A stretch of DNA of 64,000 nt, from positions 124,001 to 188,000 of the forward strand of contig JALMLS010000215.1 of the NCBI GenBank assembly GCA_038496445.1, read 5' to 3'. The translations under genes and the position numbers were made by a program. Shown one piece after another: positions 23,084 through 36,601 of the stretch. The notes beneath the pieces were generated by a model. The model had not been told where the DNA came from. It saw nothing but the letters and a program-made list of their open reading frames with translations, and made no database searches. How positions within the stretch are numbered: the first letter of the stretch is position 1; every line of letters starts with the position of its first letter. This DNA is from Trichosphaerium sp. ATCC 40318 (lineage: Eukaryota; Protista; Tubulinea).

Positions 23084-25570
23084 ATGCACCGCTTGTTTAC
23101 TCGTGCGTACAGCGTAAGCGCGTCAAACACCAAACATGAATGGTCTACGCACCAACAGGATATTTTTGACTTTATTAGCAACGGTAAAGGTCATGGTTTG
23201 GTTCGTTTCAGTTATAGTTTCGAAATTATGCTTATTTGTCGTAGGTTGACGCTGTAGCAGGATCTGTAAGTACAAACTGAGTTTAAGTTTTTTTAACTCG
23301 ATTGTTAACGCTTTAATTTGTTTTTCTGGCTCACTATGAAGTAGGGAAAGACATCTACGCTGCTTGCAGGTATTTTAAATTGAAGGAAAAAAATCTTCAT
23401 TTCAAGTCGTTAAACCGCAACGATTAGCGTCAAAACGGATTTCATTAGCGCTACAACAAATGTGCACAATGTCACTAACAATTTCACTTAAAACTAGGTC
23501 TACAGCGCGCAAAAGGCTCTATATTATTCCTGGCATACAATAAAAACATACAAGAAAACCTACAAGAGAAAATAGGATACCAAGAAAACGTTCATATTTC
23601 AACATTTCATTCGTTTGGATACAAGCTTTTATCTGAAAATAACCTCATCTCATATGGTTCTAAAGTTGATCTACAACGTAAATCAAATAAAATGCGTAAT
23701 ATGGCATCATCTGAGAGTAAGTATATTCACTTGTTAATGACCACCAGTGTCAAAAAGAAAAAGGTTTTTGATTGACTTTTTTTTTCTTGTTAAACAGATT
23801 CACCTGAATTAAACTTTCGAATGCAGTAAGTAATCATTCCCTCTTTCTATTTTGTTTTAATATTTCGATGCAAGAGGTATAGTTGCTTATATGTTGGGTT
23901 TTAGGTTCAAGGTTGCAAGCATGACATCAAAGCTATTGAATAGTTATGCAATAGACAAAGATTTATCAGTGATTGGTGAGGATATGTCACTTGATACAGC
24001 AATCCACAATACCATAGCTAGATACGCATTTTTTAATTCATTTTTCATAAAGAAAATATCATCAACAGTATGCTATCATAACAATTTAGTTAAAAAAATC
24101 ACGTGATCGCTTGAAAAAGAACAAGACTTTTTTGATATTTTTTTTTGTAAAGCTGACATTTTTCAGCACGTTCTCTCCTCATGTTCTTAAAAAGCCTGAA
24201 CAAGTTGATACCCTGAAGAAATATATACCAAAGCTTCTCTCTGATTGTATTGACGATGTCTCGTCTTATGATTATGATGATATGATATGGTTACCTAATG
24301 CTTTAAAGTTAACAAACAAGCAACAATATGATTGGGTTTTTATTGACGAAGCACAAGATATTAACTCACCACAAATGCACATGATAATGAGAGTACGATA
24401 ACATTTTATCCGAATTACTAACTTTATTCTTGCCAAGTGTATAGGACAAAACACAAGAGTAATGCCAGTAGGAGACAAACATCAAGGTATTATTGTATTT
24501 TCTTTTTTTTTTTTTTTTTTTTTTTCTAACTTGTGATCAGCTATATACGGGTTTAGAGGAGCTCATATTGATGCATTATCTAAAATGCATAAGCTATTAG
24601 ATAACCACAATAGTGTTAAGGTGTTACCGCTTTACACGTGCTATAGATGCCCTCAAAAACATGTTTCTGTGGCAAAGAAGATTGTACCACATATAAAAGC
24701 ATTCAAAACAGAAAAAGGCGAGATCGGTGATAACAAGAATACAGATGCAGCACTCAACGAGATGGAAGAGGTATAGAATATCGTATTTCGGTTTAATTCA
24801 TTTCCTATCTACACTATCACGTGACTAACACGTGTTTCTTTTTCAGGGTGATCTCGTTATTTGCCGAAGAAATAAACCAATGCTTCAACTTGCATACAAT
24901 CTTTTCAAGATTCAAAAACGTGTTTCTATTGCAGGAGAGCGTGAGCTTGCTCAAAAATTCATGAATCTTATTAAAGAGTATAAGACAAAGTCGGTTGGAG
25001 ATAGAGCAGGAGCGACATTAATACGAGTACAAAAGGATAAAAAAGCGGCAAGTTATTTATAATTTTTTATTTTAGTTTTTTGATTTTCTGATTCTCGTCT
25101 TTAGAAGTTAGCTCAGCTTCATAAGCAAAGATTATTTCATCAAGTACCGTTCTTGAGCGATTTTTATGATACTGTTTTTGAGATTTTACGTGATGAAGGG
25201 TCAGTAGAAGGCCTTGAAAAATTTGTTAAGCAAACTTTTCATGAAATGGAAAATCCTGAAATTGAAGGCAACTCTATTAGGTATACCGTCTTATAATTCT
25301 CTTAATATACCACGTTTATTTACACTTTACTATAGATGTTCAAGTGTACATCGTGCTAAAGGTCGTGAAGCATCAAGAGTATGGTTGGTTGAGCCATCCT
25401 CGACTTTTTATGAGTTTCCTAGTCATCCAAAAGATGTTAATGATTATGATATAAATCAAGAGAATAATGCACTTTATGTTGCTCTAACGAGGAGTAAGAG
25501 TGATTTATATATTGTAAATGATAGTATGAAAGAACTAAATGCAAAGTTCCATAGATGGAACCCTCAGTAA
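23084..25570 (+). CDS. UvrD/Rep-like superfamily 1 helicase with putative mitochondrial presequence, multi-exon
   Basis: VDAVAGS|GKTST (Walker A), FLAYNK, STFHSFG, FIDEAQD, VGDKHQAIYGFRGA, CYRCP, SVHRAKGREA, LYVALTRSK; N-terminus MHRLFTRAYSVSAS. Confidence 0.9.
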
Positions 25571-27152
25571 TAAAGAGATTTGCCGGTTTTAACGTTAAGC
25601 CTTGTTAGATTGTGATATAAGGAAAAAAAAACCCAATTCTTTGCATTATTTGTTGAGATTGATTATGTGAGTTACAGCTAATACATCTCCTGTTTTTTTA
25701 CAACTTTCATGTAAGGTAGGGGCTACTAAGGTCCCAACCATTTCTGGCTGCGCTAACAACATACCGTTATTTCGGGGCAAATTGAAGAGCAAATAAATGC
25801 ACTTTTATCTGAGACTCGACCTGTCGCATGACAGACTACCATTAGAAAAAAAAAAGTGTTAACACCAATTACTATCGTGGTACGACAGATATAAATAAGC
25901 TTAGCCTTGCAAACAATGTAATTTTTGCAAATGTCTCAAATGCACAATTTCAAAAAAAACGGTGCGTTGAACTAGTGGTAGGTTCATTCTTTAAAATTAT
26001 ATATAATATTCAAACTATACTTTACAATGCTAACGCATATTGTGATTGACTGTCTTTAGTACATAACACTTTTGAGGGTAATGCAAACTACATATGCAGT
26101 GCACAAGAATATCAGTACAGTGGACATCAGAAGGAATAATTTTTATTCGAAAGTACAAAGTCTAGGTGCTAGAGTTTGTCTTTAGAGGTATTCGTTTGAC
26201 CAACTAAAAGGCCACCAAATCCAATATTACTTGTTTCGGAGTAATGTCAGCGGCCAATAGTTGTTATCACATGTACACTTTTTTTTCAATAGAAAAATCG
26301 ATGGGCTTGTCCAAAAGATGACTCATCATTGGCAAGATATGTAAAGAAGTGTTCTTTACCGCCTTTTGGCTCACATGTAGGCTAGACTTCCTTATAGATG
26401 GTATTGGCGTTTAACAAAAAATAATTTAATTCAAAATACTTTGGGAATTATTTTTGAAAACAGTACTGTGAGATACAGCTTGAGGTTAGTAGAATAGCCT
26501 TATCTTGTTGATACCTTTTTGTTAAAAACATTGGCCCAACGTGTATAAGCTACACCTTGACCAACGATTTTAAAGGACAATACGTACGCGAAGGTCAGCA
26601 AAAGACATTTCGTCTGAATTTTTTTTTTTCTTTTTCAAAAACTAGCGTAGAAACTTTTCGTGTACATACATTGCCCCACTTTCTAACTCACAAACCGCTA
26701 CCCTTGCCATAATAAAAACATTGCAAACAAGCGGATAAATGGAGATTTTTGGTAAAACAATTAGCGACTCCCCGACTGTCATTCCGCGTATACTGGCCAC
26801 GTGGTTACTTACAATAAGTAATTTTATGTTTTTTCTAAATCAAGCGTATGACGCACTTGTTTTCAATCACAGAGCCTTTAAATAGTAAGGACAATATATA
26901 TCACGTGATCAACTGTTTTTATTTTACTTAGTAATTATTTACTTTTCGTTCGAAAGTTGTTACGCTTTCTCTAACTAGCGCTAGTAATTATTATTATAAT
27001 TACAAGTAGTAACGCGAAAACATTGACTGCCATAACATAATCATGAACTAGCGCTGCCGATGAAACCGTAAGTGCGCCATTCACAATACCTTAACCTTTT
27101 TTTAAAACTTCCCTGCTATAGCGATTGAAACAACACTTCCTCGCTTTCTATA

Positions 27153-28765
27153 ATGCAGAACCTCACGCTATTAGCATTAGCTTGCTTTATCGCTGTAGTT
27201 TACACACAATGGAACCCAAGACATCCCGGTTGGACCGATAGTTACTCACGTGGTGGCAGATGCTGGTGCCTATCAACTAACTTCGATCATGACCTCGATG
27301 ATATTACAAAAGTATGGTATGTAATTAACGGAGTAAGACGCAACATCAGAACGGTTTGCGAAGAACTAGATATGCATCCAGATAAATTACCCTTCAGAAA
27401 CGGCATCGATCCTCCGTACAATGACATTCAATGCGGAAATGGCCCACCTAACACTGCGGCTGATGAAACTGGGTGCCCTGGAAGAACCGATCTAGGACCA
27501 AGCGGATGTAATGTTATTGGTGACACGTGGGATACAGCATGGCTCGCTTCAAGACCAATCTTTGGTGGATCTGCAACACCTACGCCTTCAATGGCCCCTC
27601 CTGTGACCCAAAATAGCGCTCCTGGTATTATTGAAGCTGAAGATTTTGAAGGGTACTTTGACGGGACTGCTCCAAACAGAGGTACTTTTTTATGTCTTTG
27701 AAACAAACAGTCATCTTTTTTACCTGACAGAAAACGTTCATTTTAATTTTTTGAACTCCGGCTGCACGTGTTTTTTTGAACAGTTTGTTTGCTAACCTAG
27801 TTTTTTTATAGGTGGTCAGGCATGCGGAAATAGCCAAAGTTCCGGAAACCTAGTGGATATGCAAATCACTGGAGACTCTACTGGTGGTTGTAATGTCGGT
27901 TGGGTTGAAAGTGGCGAATGGTTGGAATATACTGTTAATTTCGCTGCTACTGGCGTTTACACTTTTGAACCTCGTGTTGCTGCCCGTAGTGGTACAAAAA
28001 CCCTTACTATTAGTATTGATGGAGTTGTGAGTGGTTCTGTAACATACCCAGCAACTGGAGGTATGCATCGTGAAACTTTAAAATTTTTAGACGCCAGTTA
28101 TGTTTTTTGTTCCTGTTCTCATTATTTTCCTAGCATGGCAAACATATACCTCTCCTTCAGCTAGTCTCGGTCAAGTGACCGCTGGAACTCATACAGTCCG
28201 TGTAACATTCACGTCAGGAAGTCAAAACTTGAACTTCATTGAGTTCAAAACTTCCGCGAGTTTTGTTACTCTACAAAAGGGAAACAGTATTGGGTTTGCT
28301 CTTGAGGGTGTATCAGGTAATGTACAACTCGGTGGGTTTGACGCTTCAAGTGTTACTCAACAATGGAATGAAATATCACGTGGTGGAGGCTTTTACTCTT
28401 ACCAATTGAATGGTGTCAATGAATGTATTGATGCTGGCAACGGTGGCTCCAACAGTCAAAATGTAGCCACAGCAACATGTGACAGCAGTAATCAAAACCA
28501 ACACTGGAACAAAGGTACGATTTAAATCGATTCATTCAAGAAACAAAGCTGCTATTAAGCCGAGGGCAACGATCTTTGCTTGGTTAGAATTTGGGTTGAC
28601 CCTTTGTTAGTTGCTTTGTCAAATGGAAGCTTCAGATTAGAGAAAAGAAACGCTGCTTCACATTCAATTGATGGACATAACGGCGCTCAAGGACAAAATG
28701 TATACTTGTGGAGTTCTGACAACAACAACGGAAATCAACAGTGGGTCATTACACCTGCTCCTTAA
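27153..28765 (+). CDS. Secreted protein: Cys-rich N-terminal domain + CBM6 + ricin-type beta-trefoil
   Basis: Signal peptide; PGIIEAEDF..NVGWVESGEWLEYTVN (CBM6); QQW/QHW repeats with CIDAG (ricin B-like). Confidence 0.85.
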
Positions 28766-29235
28766 ACAAATTCAATAAATTACCTTTAAGTACCTTCTGC
28801 TGTGCTACCTTTATTAATGTTGATAATCACGTGCGTTTGCCCAAAACAGAAAAAGTTCATTCAATTAGTAGTACTTCAAATACAGCTGGAGCTTTTGTTT
28901 GAGGTGTCCGTAGCACGGTCTTGTTTAAGCATGCTACAAATATTAAATTGGAGCCGAAGTCAATTTTTGTGCACAATTACGTAATTTCCATTTTACAATG
29001 TTTTACAGTATTTGTTTCAGTTGTAAAGCCGTGGCTTTTGCATTGTTGCTACAAGAAAAACTGTTATGGGTTCTATTCATTAGGTGCCTACTTCTATTGA
29101 CTTGTATTACGTAAGTAACAGTGCTACTTGAAGCAAGTAAATACCATAGGGATAAATAAATTTACATTGACTTGTATTACTTAAGTAACTCAGACGTTGC
29201 TCAAAGTAAAAGTAAATAACATAGAGATGCCTGCC

Positions 29236-31158
29236 ATGTATGGTGCTTGCCTGTTTCTATCCGTATTAATTGGGATTTCATTGTCAAAATTGATAATTAC
29301 TAATAACGGTACGACATTACAAAAAGAAACAGGGCTACTGTCAAAAAGGCTATTACTGTATAAATTAGTTTATTTATTACGGTGTAAATTGGGCTTTTCG
29401 GGGAGCTCACCTAAAACCTTCAGGTACCTCCGAGGAGTATGCTGCTGTCCCGTATTATTTCAAAAGAAACGCTCAAGTGTTTTTTGAAGCATTTAATGCT
29501 TCTCTTGTCACGCCACGTGATAACATAAATGTAACAGGTACAACATACATTTCCTCTTTTGAAACTCCGTTTATACTTTTGGGCTCCGTACACGTGGTGT
29601 AAGGTCTCCACTGTAATTTGGAGCATATAAAATACACGTTTATTATAGATGTCCACACGTGGACCACTTCATTACTAAACACATGCAGAAAAGTTGCGGA
29701 GAGCTGTATTTTTAGAACGCCAAGAATAGAAATTATCTCAATACTAAACACTTTGTAGGTAAAGCGGTGTTTGCTATCTATCCCGATGATCGTAAAAAGT
29801 ACATGGAATGGGAATCACAAGGTGCTATTGGTATTGTAGAGTACTTTAAATCGAGAGATGATTTAAGAGTTGGTAAAGGGACTCTAATTAAACTCAGTAC
29901 GAGAATTGGATTTCGTTGAGAAATATAATATGTATGTTTTCTTCTCTTGACGATATGTAGGCGATTTGTCAGACCTCCGCATTGTAGTGATGGCTCAAAG
30001 ACACCTCTCGTCAATACCAGATAATACAACAGTGGCTTTCTCGTACACTGAAAATCGTTGGTACACTGTCTTCAGCGGTCCATGGCTTATTGGTACTACT
30101 CACTAGTATGCTTTTACTCACGTGCGTTCTTTAGTAGCACAGGTATTCCTCATAGTACTGACGCTTGCTGCACTCGTTGTAGCAATAGTAAGGTGGGTAA
30201 ACTCAAGCAAGCGTGAGGCAAAGTTAAGTTGACTAAAGCATTGTAGATTGACACAATTTGTGACTCGGGACGGTTATCGTGTGTCACTACCAAAGGTTGC
30301 TCTGTTTATCGAAATATGTGGTAACTTTATGAGACTAGTTTGGCTCGTTCCTGATCCTCTAGGACATTTATTCTTCGTCTACAAATGGTACGCATAACCT
30401 TATGTACTAGTGCACTTGTTTGTTGAGCAGCAACTTAGCCTCAACGTTTTTATTTTCATACCAAAAACCAATAAAGTCTGACGCACCCCTTTAGGTATAA
30501 CGAGATATTCCAACTATACAATACAATGTTTTCCAACATATCTAACCTGTTGATTGTCCTGTATTGGCACGAATCGATGATTTCATTAAGTCTTGAAGTG
30601 ACACCATATTTAAAAAAACTTGCAATACCTTTTTACATCTTTTCTGGTATTATTGTCGCATTTGAGACTATAATGGCAATACTACGTGTTGTACTATTCC
30701 CAATAACAGATATATCATTTGTAATAACAGCTGGTTTCCACACAGTAACGAACACAGGAATAATGACATACTTTACAATCATAGCATACAAACTATGGAA
30801 AAGACTGAGAAGTATGAATGCAAGTGCCCGTGATAGAGGTATGATGATAAGACTATTCACACGTGTTTCAGTGACTTTATTCATTATGGTTAATCTTGGA
30901 TTAAACGGAGTTTTATATGTATTCTGGCCTCCTTTTCAATCAAATCCTGTCATTAATATTGCCTTATTAGTTGAACTTCACGTATTGTTTAACGCACTTT
31001 CTATCACACAAGCAATAAGTTTCATTCCTCCAAAAAACAAATCAACAAGTACCTCAAGTGGACAATTATCACATGGAAAAACAAAACCAAAATCAATTAA
31101 TTTGTCACGAATTGAAGAGGTTATTGATGAAACTTCAATAGTCCAATGTACTCAATAA
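29236..31158 (+). CDS. 7TM receptor-like protein, paralog 2
   Basis: Same exon structure and near-identical protein to 10578-12500; alternative ATG at 29227. Confidence 0.8.
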
Positions 31159-31800
31159 ATAAGTGGCAACATAAAATTAGATTTGTCAATACTGTAACAA
31201 GGAGAGGTGAATCTAGAGGAGGGTTGTTTGCTGCGGTTTTGGGAAGCTTACACAACCCTGTTGTTGTTATTTTCGTATTTCAAGAAACAATTTCTGATCC
31301 TCAGAAAAAGCTTACCACAACTGGAAGCAAATCCAATTCTAGAAGGTTTTCTATGCTCGCAAAAACGGTGTTACAAGATAGCCTTGGCATCTGTTACAAT
31401 AGATGGTGGATTAGCTAGTACATTTTCACGAACTTCTTGAATAAAACCTTTTGTTTAGATAAGGTGTTGGGAGTTTTTACCATCAAATAGCCTACAGGTT
31501 ATCTGCAACTTCTTTCAAACCAACAGTATCGCATGCTGTTACGTGTATTCCGAGTGGTTAGCTGGCTGAGATATCGTCCTAACTTTCCAATTGTTAATTG
31601 TCCTGCGTTCCTTTCAGCGAGCACAGTTGCAATAGACATTTGGTTTTTTATGAAAAATCAAGTATGGCTCTTTGTGTCTTCACGATTATGACACAGGTCT
31701 AGCAAAGTTGAATTGTTCCAATTTTTACATTGACTTGTGTTACTTAAGTAACCCACAGACGTTGCTCAAAGTAAAAATAAACAACATAGAGATGCCTGCC

Positions 31801-33705
31801 ATGTATGGTGCTTACCTGTTTCTATCCGTATTAATTGGGATTTCATTGTCAAATTTAATAATTACTAATAACGGTACGACATTACTAAAAGAACGAAGAC
31901 TACGCCCATACGGCCAAGTTACAAAGTTTAGTTTATTAATACGGTTTAAACTTGTGTTTTCGGGTGCTTACTCAAAACCCTTCAAGGTACCTCCGAGGAG
32001 TATGTTGCTGTACCATATTATTTCAAAAGGAACGCTCAAGTGTTTTTTGAATCATTTAATGCTTCCCTTGTCACACCACGTGATAACATGAATGTAACAG
32101 GTACGCCATTTTTTCCTCTTTTTGAAACTCCGTTTATACTTTTGGACTCCGTGCACGTAGTGTATGGTCCCACTCTAATAATCAAGTTCCTTTAATACTC
32201 TGTTTTCGAGTGCGATGATTAACACAACAGGAGACAATTTAGAAATTAAGACGTATCCACTTATGTCATTTAATGTTGCATCGACACTAATTAATGTTGT
32301 TTATGTGATAGGCAAAGCGGTGTTTGCTCTTTATCCTGATGATCGTAAAAAGTACATGGAATGGGAATCACAAGGCGCTATTGGTATTGTAGAGTACTTT
32401 AAATCGAGAGATGATTTAAGAGTTGGTAAAGGGACTCTAGTTAAACTCAGTACGATGAACAATCTTTGTTTCTTCCTCACCTATAACTTGTAGGCGATTT
32501 GTCAGACCTCAGCATTGTAGTGATGGCTCAAAGACACCTCTCGTCAATACCAGATAATACAACAGTGGCTTTCTCGTACACTGAAAATCGTTGGTACACT
32601 GTCTTCAGTAGTCCATGGCTTATTGGTACCAGTCAAAGTTTACCGTTTCACTAACATGCGTTCTTTTAGTAGCTCAGGTATTCCTCATAGTGACAACGCT
32701 TGCTGCACTCATTGTAGCTGTTGTAAGGTATGTAAACTTGAATAAGTGCTTGCTAACAACAGCATTGTAGATTGACACAATTTGTGATTCGGGATGGCTA
32801 TCGTGTGTCACTACCAAAGGTTGCTCTGTTTATTGAAATATGTGGTAACTTTATGAGACTAGTTTGGGCTGTTCCTGATCCTTTCGGACATTTATTCTTC
32901 GTCTACAAATGGTACGCGTAAAATACATCGAACCAGAATTGTTTCTTCAGCACGTGTGACACCTACTGTTCGATCAAAATAGTGTAGAGAACTCATATTC
33001 CATTTTTTGCTTCAACTGAATTTACCACCTCATTTGTCTGTTAGGTATAACGAGGTATTCCAACTATACAACACATTGTTTCCCAACATATCCAACCTGT
33101 TGATTGTCCTGTATTGGCACGAATCGATGATTTCATTAAGTCTGGAAGTGACACCATACTTAAAAAAACTTGCAATACCTTTTTACATCTTTTCTGGTAT
33201 TCTCATCGCGTTTGAGACTATAATGGCAATACTACGTGTAGTACTATTCCCAATAACAGATATATCATTTGTAATAACAGCTGGCGTCCACACAGTAACA
33301 AACGCTGGAATAATGACATACTTTACAATCATAGCATACAAGCTATGGAGAAGACTGAGAAGTATGAATGCAAGTGCTCGTGATAGAAACATGATGATAA
33401 GATTATTCACACGTGTTTCAGTGACTTTATTCATTATGGTCAATCTTGGCTTAAATGGAGTGTTGTGGGTATTCTGGCCTCCTTTTCAATCGGATCCTGT
33501 CGTTAATATTTGCTTATTACTTGAACTTCATACATTGTTTAATGCACTTTCTATCACACAAGCAATAAGTTTCATTCCTCCAAAAAACAAAACAACAAGT
33601 ACCTCAAGTGGACAATTATCACATGGAAGAACAATATCAAAACCAATTAACTTAAGATCAAGAGTTGCAGAGGTCATTGATGAACCCTCAATTGTGCAAT
33701 ATTGA
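31801..33705 (+). CDS. 7TM receptor-like protein, paralog 3 (tandem with paralog 2)
   Basis: Same exon structure; alternative ATG at 31792. Confidence 0.8.
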
Positions 33706-33789
33706 TGTGCTCAATAAATAACTTAGAAACTAAAGAATAAGCGCTGTATTAAATGCTTATTGTAGTGGTCTTTCTAGTGCTCATACCGT

Positions 33790-33919
33790 TTAACTTTGTC
33801 ATACTGCAGTAACAGACGGTACGCAAGCTCTTGCTGGTGTTCACATCGTTTACCTTGGTTACACGTTAGTAACAGCTGAAGTTAGGAAAGCACTTTCTGG
33901 CGTCAATGTAAAACATTAA
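33790..33919 (+). pseudogene. C-terminal remnant of a LAGVH-type LRR gene
   Basis: Translates as VTDG..QALAGVHIVYLGYTLVTAEVRKALSGVNVKH*, with no upstream body. Confidence 0.6.
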
Positions 33920-34068
33920 GACATCAGTTACAGGGGTTTTACTATGTAACGCTCTGGTTGCTACATTTACATTCATGCTCATATTTTCAAACCCTCGTGG
34001 TTATTACCCAGTATGACAACTCAACAAGTGTACTGGAACTGTTTGTTTTGAATAAAACTTAAACATGT

Positions 34069-35321
34069 TTACATGTTGTCAGAGTAAAATGCTAGTTCTA
34101 TGGAGTCTCCAGCCGTATATAAAGTAAGAATAAAATAATACGTTGTATCTTCAAGGTCTTTAAAGGTGCCATGACACTCTCCATTTACGTAAAATTGAAC
34201 CTATCAAAGAACAACATTAGAGGTTCCGTTTGTAAAAAGGAAAGTACACTTTTCTGATCCATATCTAACAGCGTCCCAACAACATCACCTGATTTTACTT
34301 CATGTGTATTATAATGTCTAGGATCTTCTCCAGCATGATACCTTAAAAAATCAGGCATAGCTCTGGTCATCATTGCAAACCAAAAAAAGAAAAAACGTAC
34401 AGTCCATAGTTGTTACAACAAAAACATACACCTTTCTTAAATTGCTAGTCGCTCTTAGCTTTCTTTGTAGTTTTTTTAATCATACCTTTGAGCCAGGGAA
34501 GCCTCCGCTTTGTTTAACAACATCTAGCGTATCTGATACACCAACGAATAGATAGCTATCTGTAACCCAAAGAACACGTGTTAGCCAAAAATGTCTACCA
34601 GAATTATATCCAATTCCAGTCGATGCTGAAGAATGTCCCATTGATGTAGCAAATCTCTTTGATAAGAACGACCCATTCGAAAATACTAGAGAGCTGTGTA
34701 ATTCTGATAACATAGTATAGCGCCTCAAACAGTCAATGTTAGACGCCAGTACAAGAAAAAAAAAACACTAAAAAAAACAGAATCATACATCTTTCTTTGT
34801 TTGTCCTCTAGTCTTGCTACTTGAAATCGTAGTCTGTTTAACGCCACTTGAATCTCTGCTTCTTTAGCTTCGTTTTGGATATTAATCAACTCAGCAACAA
34901 TCATCCCGTGATATTTTACAATCAGTTTTTTGTTACCCTAAAATATAACTATTAACCAAAAAGACAAACGACAAAAAATACGCCTAAGGCAAGTTTTCAA
35001 CCGTTATTTTGATCACGTGGGTAGGAAAAATTTTAATCGTACTACTTTTTTAAAGGAAACATTGTTGCCGTCTCTTAGAGCTTGGTACAGAATACCTGGA
35101 TCCAATGGTTGCGTTTTTAAGCTTGATGAGTGGTGTCAACAAAAAGTACGCAATTTACCATATCTTTTTACATCAAACGTTATTTATACGCACGTGTAGT
35201 TCTGACCGCTTAAAAATAGAGCAGAAACACTTAGTTTATCGTTAATCAAACTCATTTCAATATGAACTTGTTCTCCTTGCTCTGTATCATACTTAGCGAT
35301 CTCGTATGGCTGTTCTTCCAT
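34069..35321 (-). CDS. SPRY/B30.2 domain protein with coiled-coil, multi-exon
   Basis: SGRHFWLTRV..LFVGVS, VKSGDVVGTLLDMDQK, VQFYVNGECHG. Confidence 0.8.
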
Positions 35322-35429
35322 TGTAATTGTAGCCAGAACACTACCTGACTTAAAATGGTTTTACATAACTTAATTGAAATTGAGCGTTCTGCATGAGCTA
35401 CAAGTTTATTTACAATCAGGCAGTACAAT

Positions 35430-36029
35430 CTATAGTTTAGATGACTCGCTTATACGTTCTCCCGATCCACCCATTCTCTTTGGAACGTCCTACTTTGAGT
35501 TAAAGTATTTGAAAAATATTTGACTTTAACCTTAAACTTTGGTAGTCCATCCGGTACATCAAATACACGTGTATCATAGTAAAAATGAGCTGTAGGTTTA
35601 AGGTCATTAGGCAATGATCCTAAAACTTTATGCATCAAGGGCAGTGATACGCTAAACATAACTCCACCTATGATAGAACTTAAAACGGAAAACACAAACC
35701 AAATTGCGTACGAGGTGTTTTAAACTTGCTTACGCATGGAGAGCCACAAATCTTACAATGTCCACGACATAAATGGTCTGAACTTTTGAAGTATGTAATG
35801 TTGTCTTGTCCTTTGGATACTTTGAACTTGTTGCTGCTGTAAAAAGCCTGCACAAACAAATACAGTTAAAAATAGAATTATTTCTTTGATGTACCTCAGC
35901 TGCACATGGAGAACACGTGAAACGTTTACAAATAGTGCAATGACAATAGAAACTTGTAGCAGGTTTGCCTTGAGATTCCCATGCTACGGAACCACAGAAA
36001 CAAGAGCCTGTATAAGAAGCTTCACTCAT
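35430..36029 (-). CDS. GFA/CENP-V family zinc protein with C-terminal SKL
   Basis: YTGSCFCGSV, YCHCTICKR, LKPTAHFYY..DGLPKF; last exon DVPKRMGGSGERISESSKL*. Confidence 0.88.
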
Positions 36030-36601
36030 TGCTGCACTTTAAAATAATGATTTTGAGTGGTAAAAACATGTATTGGGAAAACCCATGTTACCGCCTAATG
36101 AAGCCCCGGTTAATCAATGAAAATAACTCTCATGAATTATATAAAGCAGCAATTCAAGAGTATGATAAAAAGCAGTTGTAATAACGATGCCTGAGCTTGT
36201 AGCTTTACTAATCTTGAAAAATACTGACAAGTTTTCGTGCAGTGTTCGTTCTTTGACTAACGGCTTTCCACGTGCCTTCACAGAAATGTAGAGATAAATA
36301 TTCTATGTCGGTTGCGCTGATAAGGCGAAGCTTGAGCATTCAGGCTCAGTTGAGCGTTAATAAACGTTACTAAGTGAAGTTTCAATACCAATACAGAAAA
36401 TTGTACGAAATAAGAATAGGTGGCTAGCCACAACCAAGGCACACATACAAATCAAAAAACAACAATACCACAAGTATGGAGATAATAACCAACAAAAGTA
36501 TTGCGAAAGTATAAGTGACATAGTGGTATTTATTGGTTGGTTTTTTCTTTTGGTCAAAATTATTTTTCCTATTCGAATCTGATTTCTCCTTCGCTCTTAT
36601 A

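Noticed and set aside
35115-35192. Apparent in-frame TGA in the SPRY gene
   Set aside because: It falls within an intron ending ..TTGAC..TCAAG; no recoding needed.
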